From a virus (lineage: Duplodnaviria > Caudoviricetes), in IMG/VR virus record IMGVR_UViG_3300030118_007016, positions 1 through 60,809 of that record: a stretch of DNA of 60,809 nt, one strand, 5' to 3'. Of the stretch, positions 32,127 through 42,695 are shown piece by piece. A program made the translations under genes and the position numbers. The notes under the pieces were generated by a model. It ran no database searches. It worked only from the letters and a program-made list of their open reading frames with translations, and had not been told where the DNA came from. Every line of letters starts with the position of its first letter. Within the stretch, counting starts at the first letter, position 1.

Positions 32127-33083
32127 CTACCATTTAAAGTTATCAATATAGAATTTTACCACTTTTTCTATCTCTTCGTTAAATATTTTTTGCGGTGCCC
32201 ATCCCAATGAGCGCAACTTATCATCGTTCAAAGCATACCTAACATCTTGTCCTTTTCTTTTATAGCCCAAATCTACATAATCTTCCCACTTTACATCTGG
32301 ACCGTGGAAAACCTCGATTACTTTTTTCACTGTTTCTCTGTTTTCTTGCTCAAAGCCTCCAGCGACGTTATAAGTTTCATTAGTTTTCCCACTATTTATA
32401 ATACTTATAACCGCACTTGCAGTATCTTCAGCGTGTAACCAGTTACGTGTAGGCAAACCCTCATCATGAAGTCTAATCTTTTTACCCCGCTGTAAAAGCT
32501 TAACTGAAAGGGGGATAAGTTTTTCTGGATATTGATAAGATCCATAGTTGTTTGTTGGGCGTAAAATAATATATTCTAACCCATATGTCCTAGACCATGC
32601 TTTGACAAGCATATCTGCTGCTGCCTTAGATGCAGAGTATGGATTGCTTGGATTTAAATGATCTGTTTCAAAGTGTTCTCCATTGACAATATCGCCGTAT
32701 ACTTCATCTGTGCTAAAATGAAAAAATATTGGTCTGTTATCAACGTTATTTGGTTTTTGCCTAATCAGCTCCAACAAATTGTAGACACCATCTATGTTTG
32801 ATTTTAGAAAATGCTCGCTGTCTATAATGCTGTTACCCACATGAGTTTCAGCAGCGATATTAATAACATAGTCACAATCTGGCAAAAACTTAAGATCTGC
32901 AATATCTGAGTTTATAAAAGTAAACCTGTCTTTGTAATGCGTTTTAAATGTCCTTATAAGTTCTGGATTTGATGCATACGTTTGACTGTCCACTCCATAC
33001 ACTCTCCATCCCATTCCTAGACACTTGTTTGTGACATGCGAGCCAATAAACCCCAAACACCCTGTGATTACAACCAGTTTCAT
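32127..33083 (-). CDS. rfbB: dTDP-glucose 4,6-dehydratase
   Basis: TGCLGFIGS, AAETHV, STDEVYG, PYSASKAA, NNYG..QYPEKLIP, RYA. Confidence 0.9.
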   Translation of the reverse strand: MKLVVITGCLGFIGSHVTNKCLGMGWRVYGVDSQTYASNPELIRTFKTHYKDRFTFINSDIADLKFLPDCDYVINIAAETHVGNSIIDSEHFLKSNIDGVYNLLELIRQKPNNVDNRPIFFHFSTDEVYGDIVNGEHFETDHLNPSNPYSASKAAADMLVKAWSRTYGLEYIILRPTNNYGSYQYPEKLIPLSVKLLQRGKKIRLHDEGLPTRNWLHAEDTASAVISIINSGKTNETYNVAGGFEQENRETVKKVIEVFHGPDVKWEDYVDLGYKRKGQDVRYALNDDKLRSLGWAPQKIFNEEIEKVVKFYIDNFKW

Positions 33084-33520
33084 TAAATATATTCCTCCAA
33101 GACGCCAATATAATCACTGCAAATACCAGCGATATTTTTTCCTACTCTCCAGTTATCTCTTTCAGGCATAACACATATGGACTTTTCAGTAAGATGCTTA
33201 CCGGGATATGTCCATATATATCCATCACTAGTCAGCGTTGCATCATCGGTGCCATGATAAAAGCACCTAACATCATTATACAGTAAAATGTTTAGTGCGT
33301 CAATATTTTTACAATGACACCAAAATTTTTTATTTTGCAGAAAATCAATACTTATTTTATATTCAGCTATATCATGTCCCAAAAATAAATCTTTTTCATA
33401 TGACCAAATATCGATTTCGACATCATACCCCTCTTGCAAAGCTTCCTTGATGTATTCCGGACTGTTTTCATATTTTTTATTTGGACCATCAAGATTTCCC
33501 CTATGAGCTATTTTGATCAT
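33083..33520 (-). CDS. GDPD/PI-PLC-like small protein
   Basis: IAHRGN...EN...GYDVEIDIW...LGHD motifs. Confidence 0.65.
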   Translation of the reverse strand: MIKIAHRGNLDGPNKKYENSPEYIKEALQEGYDVEIDIWSYEKDLFLGHDIAEYKISIDFLQNKKFWCHCKNIDALNILLYNDVRCFYHGTDDATLTSDGYIWTYPGKHLTEKSICVMPERDNWRVGKNIAGICSDYIGVLEEYI

Positions 33521-34206
33521 TTTTTTGGTTTCTCACAACGGATGTAAATCCACTTTGGGTGCTGATTATCTGAAAATGATTGTCTTACATTGGTTGTTAC
33601 GTTAACAAACCCTATCTGATGCAAATCTTCAATCACATCGTTTTCATCACTAATTCTTACATCCCAGCCTGAGTTTGTACATGTCGCCTCATACATATTA
33701 TCATGATATGATGCTGGTTTCGTCCCTGCTTTAGGAACAGGTCCATAAGTCATTTGAAAAGAAAAAACAGCTCCGGGTTTCATAACTCTTAATATTTCTT
33801 TTAAAATATTCTGTCTAATATCATAAACAGGTATATGTTGCAGAGTTATTGTTGACATTACAAAGTCATATTCATCTTTGTTCAGGTCTTTCAAATCAGT
33901 TCCACTATTGACGTACCAATCGCTATTTTGTTCTTTATATTCTTTGCTGCAATATTCTATGTTGCCCTCAGAAATATCAACTCCGTCGACCCGAGACCAT
34001 TCAGCTAGGGAAAGCATATTTGTTACATTTCTACCTTTACCGCAGCCAAAATCAAGTGCTACTTTACCATTCCAACCATCGTTATTTTTAATATCATTCA
34101 ATAGGATATTCCAATAATCATTGTTTGAATTATGCTCTTGGTGATTACTAGTGCCACCCCTGTATTGATCTTTTTGCATTTTTGTGTATTTGTTATTAGA
34201 ATCCAC
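33517..34206 (-). CDS. Class I SAM-dependent methyltransferase
   Basis: ALDFGCGKGR, GVDIS, TLQHI, RVMKPG. Confidence 0.85.
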   Translation of the reverse strand: MDSNNKYTKMQKDQYRGGTSNHQEHNSNNDYWNILLNDIKNNDGWNGKVALDFGCGKGRNVTNMLSLAEWSRVDGVDISEGNIEYCSKEYKEQNSDWYVNSGTDLKDLNKDEYDFVMSTITLQHIPVYDIRQNILKEILRVMKPGAVFSFQMTYGPVPKAGTKPASYHDNMYEATCTNSGWDVRISDENDVIEDLHQIGFVNVTTNVRQSFSDNQHPKWIYIRCEKPKK

Positions 34207-34921
34207 TTTTTCTATTCTCCAAGTAGTGCTTTAAATCTTCAGGTGTCCCAAGTCCCCACATTTTGTGTACGTAAAATGGGATAAGTGACTTTCCATCTTT
34301 TATAAGTTCATTGTACACTGGAGCTATGTAAAACTCATTGTTTACACGAATATCTTTTTCGATCATTTGCTTAGCATATTTTACGAAATCAGATCCTTTT
34401 CTATACCAATAAATCCCGCAGGTGGCAATATCTGATATTGGTTTTTTCTCAGCAACCTCAGTAATAAATCCACGGGCATTTGTCTTTACAAAAGACCACT
34501 TAGGGTGAACTGCGTTAAATGTAAAGACAATGGCATCAGAAGTGGTCATGTTTTTTAAAGACAAAAAGTTTTGAGGATGATATTCAATAAACTGATCTGA
34601 GTTTGCTATTAACAAATCCTCATCGTCATCGATTAAACTTTCTGCAAGCAGTGCCGTGCAAGCTGCCCCTTCTGTTAGTCCATCTACAACCACATAACTA
34701 AAATGATCATTTGTAATTCTATCAAGTGTGTGCAACAATCCTTCGTATTTTTCTATATGTTGTTTTCTCACCAAAAAAATATATTCACAATCAAAATCCA
34801 AATTTTCAACAACTGTTTGAATCATTGGTTTTCCGTTTACATCAATAAGGGGTTTTGGAAATGTATAACCTTCCTTGGCAAACCTACTTCCCTCACCCGC
34901 CATTGGTATTAAAACTTTCAT
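34196..34921 (-). CDS. Sugar-phosphate nucleotidyltransferase (BcbE-like)
   Basis: PMAGEGSRF...PKPLI, EKKPIS, NEFYIAPVYN, LGTPEDL. Confidence 0.85.
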   Translation of the reverse strand: MKVLIPMAGEGSRFAKEGYTFPKPLIDVNGKPMIQTVVENLDFDCEYIFLVRKQHIEKYEGLLHTLDRITNDHFSYVVVDGLTEGAACTALLAESLIDDDEDLLIANSDQFIEYHPQNFLSLKNMTTSDAIVFTFNAVHPKWSFVKTNARGFITEVAEKKPISDIATCGIYWYRKGSDFVKYAKQMIEKDIRVNNEFYIAPVYNELIKDGKSLIPFYVHKMWGLGTPEDLKHYLENRKSGF

Positions 34922-35531
34922 TAATAAATCTCCTTACATTTTCTATGTTTACTTCTGTTGCATTATTGACTTGCATAACTTTACATCCAGATGCTCTCGC
35001 TGCCTGAATACCTTTTGGCGAATCCTCTACTATCATCGCATCGTCTGGATTTATTCCTAGATCTTTCAAGATTTTCAAATATCCTTCAGGATCTGGCTTT
35101 GATTTAATAACATCTTGATTGCTAACAAACATATCTAAAGATGAAAAAACACCAGCTTTTTCAAGCATTAAACACGCTGTTTTTCTAATACTATTTGTAA
35201 AACATGCTACTTTTACATTATTTTCTTTCAGCCATTTAATAAGTTCTACCTTTGTTTCATCATATTGACACTTACTATGAATAATATCTAATGTTTTCTG
35301 CTGTTTTAGTTCTCCAATATCTTTATGGTATTCCTCCAGTAAAACACCCATGTCTGTTAGTTTTTTTAATTTTACTTTTGTTGGTAGACCATTAAATGTT
35401 GAATAATGTTCTTCCTCTGTAATAACATAATCTGTATATTGACCCAGAGCTTTGTTAAATGCCTCTTTGTGCCAGTCACATGCATCAATCAGTACCCCAT
35501 CCATGTCGAACATTACAAGTTTTAAACTCAT
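34893..35531 (-). CDS. HAD-superfamily phosphatase
   Basis: FDMDGVL, TNS, KPDP, EDSPKG. Confidence 0.9.
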   Translation of the reverse strand: MSLKLVMFDMDGVLIDACDWHKEAFNKALGQYTDYVITEEEHYSTFNGLPTKVKLKKLTDMGVLLEEYHKDIGELKQQKTLDIIHSKCQYDETKVELIKWLKENNVKVACFTNSIRKTACLMLEKAGVFSSLDMFVSNQDVIKSKPDPEGYLKILKDLGINPDDAMIVEDSPKGIQAARASGCKVMQVNNATEVNIENVRRFINESFNTNGG

Positions 35532-36247
35532 GCTGTACCTCTTAAGTTGATGTCTATTCCATGCTCTTCAACTACATTTCTTAGAGAGTCTCCATAGTCA
35601 CTAGTGTACCATTTACCTTTAACTATTGCTGTTGCAAAATATGGGTATATACTACTGTCCCAATGAAACATTCCTCGTTTATTGTCGCATTCTTGCCAAG
35701 TCATGCCAGTTTTTATGCCTAAGTACTCACATATCATAGATGAGTTTGATTCGAACTCCCATATATTATTGCCATATGTTTTGCTATATATGCTCATTAG
35801 TTTTTCTTTATTGCAAACACTTGGCTGAATAGCGAATCTTAGATTTTGTGGATTCTCATACACATCTGGATGGTTTGTATTGTTAATTAAAGGATGATTT
35901 TCATCATAGCTAGCTCTAGCTAGTTTTACGATATCTATCTCTCCCTCTTTTACAAGATGAACTATTTGATTTATTTTTTCTTTATTTGGAGCGTCATATA
36001 AAAACATATCCTCGTGATGAAAAAGCACAATCTCTTCTTCAACTTGTGCTAAACAATGGAGCATTCTTTTTTGATATGACAAAGAATCATCGTATTTAAT
36101 AACAATCCAATCATTATCTAAGTCTTGAGTAGATTGATCTGTAAATAAATATTTTTTATAACCTTTCATATACTTGTCTGTCTGTGCAAAAAGAGGTGCC
36201 CACACATCAGAGTAATCAGAATGAGAATAAAATACTAAAGGAATCAT
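35528..36247 (-). CDS. Putative glycosyltransferase-like protein
   Basis: LFHHEDMFL (DxD-like) and WEFE motifs; inside the sugar operon. Confidence 0.45.
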   Translation of the reverse strand: MIPLVFYSHSDYSDVWAPLFAQTDKYMKGYKKYLFTDQSTQDLDNDWIVIKYDDSLSYQKRMLHCLAQVEEEIVLFHHEDMFLYDAPNKEKINQIVHLVKEGEIDIVKLARASYDENHPLINNTNHPDVYENPQNLRFAIQPSVCNKEKLMSIYSKTYGNNIWEFESNSSMICEYLGIKTGMTWQECDNKRGMFHWDSSIYPYFATAIVKGKWYTSDYGDSLRNVVEEHGIDINLRGTA

Positions 36248-37080
36248 TACACCCACCTTGTCTTTTCATAAAGTCCTACTTTTTTGCAGAACCACTTGTG
36301 ATAAAGGTGACTATCAGTGACTCGCCACCTTGGATATTTCATTAAATTTTTGCTTCTTTCATTTTGAGGCTTTTCTAATTCGTTGGTAAACTGCTCTGGT
36401 GCATTAAAGTCCCACACATTATATCTAACACTATCAAACCATCCACTTGTTAAGCACTTTTCATACTCCGAGTTAGGCTTAAAATCCTGTAAAGCATTTT
36501 CATATATTGTAGAATATTTTTTCATAACTTCCCCAGAGCCATAAAACCACATGTCTCCGTATCCAGCATTCATTTGATCCCAATATGTAGTGTACAAATA
36601 ACTTGGATCCGATTTAGGATCAAATCTAAGCTGATTCACTTCAGAACCACCTCTCTGGCTTATGTCAAATCTAGTTGTTATTACCCAATCATATACAAAA
36701 TTATTATCATTTTCATACTTTTCTCTTAATTGTAAGGCTTTTTTTCTTGAGTAATAGAAGCTTAGTATTCTGGATGCGATTGCATTGTTATACATTGTTT
36801 GTTGTCTTGGGAACCCTTCATCAATGTACTGCTGACTTATTCCATTATCTGTACATATTTTATCAAAATCTACTTGTTGCTCAAATAGAGACATTTTTGG
36901 AGAATAGAAATCTTCAACTATACTTTCATACTCTGGTTGCCAGCAGTGCACAAATACATCTACACTATCAGACTTAGAATAAACTGTCTCTTTTAAGTGT
37001 TGTAATCCCCCAACAACGGTTGAATGATCTCCAGTGCTTACAGTTCCAAAATATCCGTGAAGACATAGAGCGATTCTCAT
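36247..37080 (-). CDS. Putative glycosyltransferase-like protein
   Basis: MRIALCLHG...DVFVHCW...YDWVITTRFD pattern seen in GT-like proteins of glycan loci. Confidence 0.45.
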   Translation of the reverse strand: MRIALCLHGYFGTVSTGDHSTVVGGLQHLKETVYSKSDSVDVFVHCWQPEYESIVEDFYSPKMSLFEQQVDFDKICTDNGISQQYIDEGFPRQQTMYNNAIASRILSFYYSRKKALQLREKYENDNNFVYDWVITTRFDISQRGGSEVNQLRFDPKSDPSYLYTTYWDQMNAGYGDMWFYGSGEVMKKYSTIYENALQDFKPNSEYEKCLTSGWFDSVRYNVWDFNAPEQFTNELEKPQNERSKNLMKYPRWRVTDSHLYHKWFCKKVGLYEKTRWV

Positions 37081-37697
37081 CTTACCTCCACATCTTTAAA
37101 CAGATTAAATTCAGTTAAGTCTCTGTAAGGGGGGTTTTCTGGTATGTCTGGTACATTCTCAGGGTAATTTTGCATCAACATAAGCCCCCGAACTGCTTGC
37201 TCTGGAGTCATATACATATTCCAACCCTCTTCATCAATCATATCCTCGTGATATAGCATACCATCAGTTCTTCCTTCATAGCGACGGGCTTTTAACCACT
37301 TCATAGCATCTAAGTTATCAAGCAGAATCATACCTCCCTTTCCAATCTTAAGGTGTTTTTTTATGTGAAATGAAAGGCACATCATTGTTCCGGGGATGTA
37401 CATATTGGAAGTTAATCTTTTTGCTGCATCGTATATTGGAAATGGTTTTAGTTGATAAATACCTTCCCATTGAATGTCTTCAAAAACTAACTTTCCACCT
37501 GCTTGCATGACAGATTGTGGTGGAGAAAGGTATGTTCTCTTTGGCAAAATTACTTCTTTGCCTTCTACTTTGTGCCACTTACAGGCGAGAAAAAGAGCAT
37601 TGGTGCAACTATTAACTGATACTGCATAAGGTGCGCCGGTGTAGTGTGCAATTTCTTCTTCAAACATTTTTACTACTTTGTATGGACTATGTAGCAT
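37077..37697 (-). CDS. Short DegT/DnrJ/EryC1/StrS-family aminotransferase-like protein
   Basis: FEEEIA...AVSVNSCTNAL, DAA, SFHIKKHL..GKGG, GWNMYM. Only about 206 aa. Confidence 0.75.
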   Translation of the reverse strand: MLHSPYKVVKMFEEEIAHYTGAPYAVSVNSCTNALFLACKWHKVEGKEVILPKRTYLSPPQSVMQAGGKLVFEDIQWEGIYQLKPFPIYDAAKRLTSNMYIPGTMMCLSFHIKKHLKIGKGGMILLDNLDAMKWLKARRYEGRTDGMLYHEDMIDEEGWNMYMTPEQAVRGLMLMQNYPENVPDIPENPPYRDLTEFNLFKDVEVR

Positions 37698-38887
37698 CAC
37701 TCTGTCTCCAAAATATAATATTTCTTTTTAAATCCACAAGCCTCAAATAACTTTATGCTAGCTTCATTTTCAAGCTTTACTTTTGCAAATGCTTTAGGCT
37801 CTTGTTTGATAATATTTTTTATCATATATTTGCCTAACCCCCTTCCTTGAAAGTCTGGGTGTGTTGCAACTCTAATGTCATTGTCAATCACTCCAGCGTA
37901 TCCAGCAAAAGCATTATCAACCAAAGCAACGTAAAAACAATCAGAATATTTTTTCATAAATTGGTTGTGTTCTTCCTCGGATATGTGCTCTTGATTAATA
38001 AAACCTGTTTTTACTTGTGGATGATTTCTTAAGTCTCTTATGTTGTCCCAGTATTTTTTTTGATTTTTTACAATATGAACATCATTAGACCACACACATT
38101 TTTTTCCTATATCTGCGGATTTGTAGTTAGACCAGAAGTGCCCCTTTAAATAATCCCTCTCATATCCCAAATCAAAATATGGATGTAACGTAGTGCCAAT
38201 ATCTAAGTACGTGTTTTGATCATATTCTTTAAAAAGCTCATGTATCAATATCTCACTCAAACTGCTCGCTGAAAAAAGAAAGACGTGATCTTTTATGTTA
38301 TTTTGTTTTATCCAATCTTTAATTTCATCTGCTAAATGATGATCATTTACGATGCAGTTTTCTCCAACCCTAAAGTCCTTTACAACATCAAAGCAAAGTT
38401 CTTTTTTTGCTTTTTCTAAGTCTGCATTTTTACTACATACCATTACAACTTTTCTTTCTGCTATAATGGGAACCAGTCTCGTAAGAAATGCTTCATAATT
38501 CCCATTAACAAATAAATTTGCCCATGTTAGATATTCATTTGTTCGCCCAACTTGTCTCTTCATCCAAGCATGTGCTTGATGACCTCCGATACAACAGGGG
38601 CAAGCTATACCAGTATAATAATTGTCTTTAGAAAACAAAAAGGATTTTATAAGCTTGTCTCTTACAAAAGCATGCTTTTCTGGATCGAAATGCTTATGGT
38701 CTTCTTTACTGTATCCAAAGTTATGTGTAAAGTCCCCCTCTATAACATAATCATCAGCTATAACTAATTTCATATTTTTTAGAATATCAGCCTCACCGTC
38801 AGAAAATCTTACAAATGCAAAGTTTTCTTTTGCAGCAAGCTTTTCAGCAAACATTTCTAAATCTTTAGTAAAGTCTTTACCTAACAT
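37697..38887 (-). CDS. GT-D-fold-like domain fused to a GNAT acetyltransferase
   Basis: N-terminal FVRFSDGE ... LDIG (DUF1792/GT-D-like). C-terminal HPDFQGRGLG...NEASIKLFEACGF (GNAT). Confidence 0.65.
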   Translation of the reverse strand: MLGKDFTKDLEMFAEKLAAKENFAFVRFSDGEADILKNMKLVIADDYVIEGDFTHNFGYSKEDHKHFDPEKHAFVRDKLIKSFLFSKDNYYTGIACPCCIGGHQAHAWMKRQVGRTNEYLTWANLFVNGNYEAFLTRLVPIIAERKVVMVCSKNADLEKAKKELCFDVVKDFRVGENCIVNDHHLADEIKDWIKQNNIKDHVFLFSASSLSEILIHELFKEYDQNTYLDIGTTLHPYFDLGYERDYLKGHFWSNYKSADIGKKCVWSNDVHIVKNQKKYWDNIRDLRNHPQVKTGFINQEHISEEEHNQFMKKYSDCFYVALVDNAFAGYAGVIDNDIRVATHPDFQGRGLGKYMIKNIIKQEPKAFAKVKLENEASIKLFEACGFKKKYYILETE

Positions 38888-40106
38888 AACACGTATCTCT
38901 AAATGAAAGCATCTGTCTCCATTGTTTCATATTATGAACACTAAAACAAGATGTAATATTCATAGTATCAGCTCCCCAAGGATTTTTAAAAAACCCATTC
39001 AAATCGTAAGATGTTACAGAAGCTATAGGAACTTTGCTCAAGTCATCTGTATGTGTAAAACTTATTTTGCTATCTGCAAAACTAAACTCACAGTATTTAT
39101 CGATATCCTGAACACATAGGGTAAATTTGGTGTCTGGGACATTTAATCCAAAATAATTTTTTAACTTTGATATTTCCCTATACATTGAAGAGAAAGACTC
39201 TTCCAAGTCATCTTTAGTAAACATTGTAGTTTTCTTTGGATTTTTGTTCTTAGCTTCATTAAATATGTTTGACCACTTTTTGCAGTTAGATAATGACTTT
39301 TTACGATCCATTTCAAATGGAATATTTTCAAGATAAAATGGTGCAAACATATTTATATTTTTATTGTTCTCTATAACCTCTTGAATGTTTACAATATGAT
39401 CGTTTAAAAAATGATTTTCAGGTCTACAAAAAGTTATAAAACTAGCAAATGGAATCGTTATTTTTGGGTTTAGTATTCTATGCGTATCTAATAAGTCAGA
39501 AATATGAGATTCCATAGCCAAATTAAGAGACTTTTTATCATCCTTATTTCCATAAAATCCTGCTAATGAGAATTGGTTAAACAACAAATCAATATCTCTT
39601 CCCATCATGTTTTCAAAAATACCTGTCTTCATTCTATGAAGTTCCTCTGTATTAAATTCACAATCATTTTTATTGAGAATTAGTTTTCCGTCAATGTCAA
39701 ACAACATTGCAGAATCATGATTATTTTTGAAAAAAGAAAATGTGAAATGGTCTATATCGTTGGTATAAAACTGATATGGTTCGAATTGATAATATTTAAA
39801 CCCTAGATTACTCATATTTTCATGAATATTGTCATTATCTCTCTTTGGCATTAAGACTTCTATTCTTTGGTTACATTTTTCTCTTATTTGCTTTAGAGTA
39901 GACCAGCTCAAATGATCTGGGTGTTCATGAGAAATAAATATATACTTTAGGTTTGATAAATCCAAATCGTCTATATTGGTTTCGTTTAACAACTCCCAAG
40001 AATCATTAAAAACTTTTCCACTAAACCATGGATCAACTAGAATAGAATAATCTTTTTTTATGATTTGAAAACATGCGTGATTTATAAACTTAACTTCAAA
40101 ACTCAT
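38877..40106 (-). CDS. Metallo-beta-lactamase-fold protein, CMP-Neu5Ac hydroxylase (CMAH)-like
   Basis: NHAC, DPWF.G..FNDSW, YIFISHEHPDH, DSA, ND, PFAS. No Rieske motif. Confidence 0.6.
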   Translation of the reverse strand: MSFEVKFINHACFQIIKKDYSILVDPWFSGKVFNDSWELLNETNIDDLDLSNLKYIFISHEHPDHLSWSTLKQIREKCNQRIEVLMPKRDNDNIHENMSNLGFKYYQFEPYQFYTNDIDHFTFSFFKNNHDSAMLFDIDGKLILNKNDCEFNTEELHRMKTGIFENMMGRDIDLLFNQFSLAGFYGNKDDKKSLNLAMESHISDLLDTHRILNPKITIPFASFITFCRPENHFLNDHIVNIQEVIENNKNINMFAPFYLENIPFEMDRKKSLSNCKKWSNIFNEAKNKNPKKTTMFTKDDLEESFSSMYREISKLKNYFGLNVPDTKFTLCVQDIDKYCEFSFADSKISFTHTDDLSKVPIASVTSYDLNGFFKNPWGADTMNITSCFSVHNMKQWRQMLSFRDTCYVR

Positions 40107-41091
40107 CCTTCAAGACCTCATACACTTTTTGGGCAGCATATCCGTCTCCATAGGGGCAGTCTCCGATAGGAATGTGATCCTCATTGACTTGATTGAAAAG
40201 ACCTTCCAAATCCTCTGGTTCAAGACACATAAAAGCAAAAGTGTTGACACCTTCAAGTCTTTCGGTTTTCTTTCGGCATACAATACATTTCTTTTTTAGA
40301 AAAGAAGTTTCTTCTTGTAATCCGCCAGAATCAGTGATAACCAGTCTTGTTTGAGCCAACAACTTTATAAACTTATTATACTCCATTGGCTCAATAATTT
40401 TAAGGTTTTTTAGCAAGTGTTTGTGCTTTTGGACATTAGGATTTGGGTGCAGGGGTATAATAAAATCTAAGTCTTTATTGCCTTCTGCAATCTTATCGAT
40501 GGTCTTGAACCATTGATCCATGTTGTGATGATTCTCTCTTCGATGCATTGTTACAATAACTTTGTTTGTGTATTCTGTCTCAATATCTCGTAGGTTATCC
40601 AGCACAGTATTGCCTACAACCTCTACTCTACCTTGAGTATTCTCATTAGATAAAAATACTTTGCTAAGATCTGTTGGACAAAGATGAACATCAGCAATTC
40701 TAGATATTGCCTGACGGTTGAACTCCTCTGGATATGGTTGATTTTTATCGTATGTCCTTAAACCTGCTTCCAAATGGATTACTTTGATCCTTCTGTGGAA
40801 AGCAGCAAGAGCAATAGAGAAAGCAGAAGTCGTGTCTCCCTGCACCAAAACAGACGTTACACCTTCAAAAATCTCTTCTAAGTTCATAACGGAACTCACG
40901 ATAGAGTCAAGTCGGTTTGGACCGTCTTTGATTTCTAACTTTACTAAATCTATGTCGTCCCCTACTTTTGAGAGTAGGTCTGTGTGCTGACCTGTGAAAA
41001 GCAAACGATAAGGAATATTGCCGTCCATTTGATCTAGCAATGGCTTAATTTTAATCCACTCTGGTCTAGTTCCAAAACTTAATAAAATCAT
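40096..41091 (-). CDS. wecB: UDP-N-acetylglucosamine 2-epimerase
   Basis: GTRPE.IK, TGQH, QGDT, HLEAGLRT, PEEFNR, HRREN, DSGGLQEE, PYGDG. Confidence 0.93.
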   Translation of the reverse strand: MILLSFGTRPEWIKIKPLLDQMDGNIPYRLLFTGQHTDLLSKVGDDIDLVKLEIKDGPNRLDSIVSSVMNLEEIFEGVTSVLVQGDTTSAFSIALAAFHRRIKVIHLEAGLRTYDKNQPYPEEFNRQAISRIADVHLCPTDLSKVFLSNENTQGRVEVVGNTVLDNLRDIETEYTNKVIVTMHRRENHHNMDQWFKTIDKIAEGNKDLDFIIPLHPNPNVQKHKHLLKNLKIIEPMEYNKFIKLLAQTRLVITDSGGLQEETSFLKKKCIVCRKKTERLEGVNTFAFMCLEPEDLEGLFNQVNEDHIPIGDCPYGDGYAAQKVYEVLKDEF

Positions 41092-42695
41092 ACTTTTATG
41101 CCTCGCACAGTTTCCCAGCCGCCTTTGATCGCTGTTTGAACGCAGACATCCCTTTCACTAAAAAACTGCTGATGTGATACAGCACTGTTAGTTGATGTTG
41201 CTTTTGTATCAATGCCCAATTCATTGCCCAAGATAGATCCGTGAAGACTTGTATCCTCTGGTGGGTGTGGGGGACAGTAGGTTTGTATATTGCCGTATTT
41301 CTGTGCAAGGTAAGAAAACTGGATGTCTTCTCCATTGTCCCAAGTAGTTGGCTTTTCTCTCCACAAGTGTGATAACCACTCTCGCTTAAAGAACCAAGCG
41401 TGTCCTACTAGATCTACCCTTGTTGTTTCACTATTTTGTGTGGGCCACCCGCATCGGTCGTGTTGAACATAGAACTTGTCGTTCAATGTGACACCAGCAG
41501 ATCCAAGAATGCCTTCGCTAGTTTTCATTGTTTCCAAACAGTTCTCAAACCAACGATCTCCCGGTATAGTGTCATCGTCAAAGATGGCTACATATTCAGT
41601 GTCAGCCAGCAAAGCAGCGGCAAACCTTCCATAAAACTTCCAGTTGTGATCATTGTGAAATACTCTATCAAGGTCCAGTTCTTTAAAGTTAAATCCAATG
41701 TTATCCTCGTGTTCATTTACCCACAGCCAAACCTGCGCTGGTCTGGTTGTTTGTTTTCTAATCGCATCAATCTGCATTCTAAGATTGTATGGACGACGGT
41801 ATGCATTTAAAATAACTGTAATAGGGGCAGTTGTAAACTCTTTTCTTTTCTCGCTTTCTAATACCTCGACAACTTTGTCAATAACCTCAGTTTTTTGGGA
41901 CCTTACAAAGTCAAGAAGCTCTTGTCCTTTATACTTTGGGAACCAATCCTCGCTTGCACATCCAAGGTTGTTATTAGTTTTAAGTTTACAGTTTACAATA
42001 CGGGCTTCAACAGCTAAACGACAAAAGGTTTCGAGGACTTGGGAAAAGAAGACCAGCCCGTCGTGTTGAGAAAGTTGGTTAATGAAGTTATCATAGTCTA
42101 AAGAAACAATAAGATTGTAATCAATATTGTGTTTTTCGCAGAAACTTTTCGCTTGATAGGTCCCTTTTATTTCATTGGAGCTGCTTAAAACAGCCATCTT
42201 GCCATTTTTCTTTGTATCTACATATTTTTGCAAAACATGTAGTTCTTCATCAGACCAAAGAGAACAACCAAGATTAATTACATTTGCTTCTCTAATGTTT
42301 TTGCTGATTACTTCTGCGTGTAGTTTAGATTGAGCAAAGACTGCCTTGGCATTTCTGTAGAACTCCAAGTTGGTCAAGTTAGTTGCTGGAACCCTATAGT
42401 CTTTGTAAGGTGAAGGATCTCGACCAACAATGTATTTGTGATCATGTTCATAGATTACATAATCACAAGTTTGTAGCAGACGCAAGCATGCAGGACTGAG
42501 CATAACAAAGTTGGATACAATAAAGGTTTTTTCTGCATTGTCTTTGATTAGCTTTTCTGTTACTTGCTTAGATTTTATGCGAGTTACTTTGTATCCTCGT
42601 TCAACAAGGGAGTTGACAACAACCTGATCTACAAGTTCACCGCCACCCTTTATCTCATCAGCATAAAAATCTGCTATGTGGATTATTCTTTTCAT
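41088..42695 (-). CDS. Two-domain glycosyltransferase (GT-B-like plus GT2/GT-A)
   Basis: GGGE and ETFCRLAVEA (GT-B). C-terminal ITVILNAYRR, IFDDD, GEDI (GT-A). Confidence 0.75.
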   Translation of the reverse strand: MKRIIHIADFYADEIKGGGELVDQVVVNSLVERGYKVTRIKSKQVTEKLIKDNAEKTFIVSNFVMLSPACLRLLQTCDYVIYEHDHKYIVGRDPSPYKDYRVPATNLTNLEFYRNAKAVFAQSKLHAEVISKNIREANVINLGCSLWSDEELHVLQKYVDTKKNGKMAVLSSSNEIKGTYQAKSFCEKHNIDYNLIVSLDYDNFINQLSQHDGLVFFSQVLETFCRLAVEARIVNCKLKTNNNLGCASEDWFPKYKGQELLDFVRSQKTEVIDKVVEVLESEKRKEFTTAPITVILNAYRRPYNLRMQIDAIRKQTTRPAQVWLWVNEHEDNIGFNFKELDLDRVFHNDHNWKFYGRFAAALLADTEYVAIFDDDTIPGDRWFENCLETMKTSEGILGSAGVTLNDKFYVQHDRCGWPTQNSETTRVDLVGHAWFFKREWLSHLWREKPTTWDNGEDIQFSYLAQKYGNIQTYCPPHPPEDTSLHGSILGNELGIDTKATSTNSAVSHQQFFSERDVCVQTAIKGGWETVRGIKV

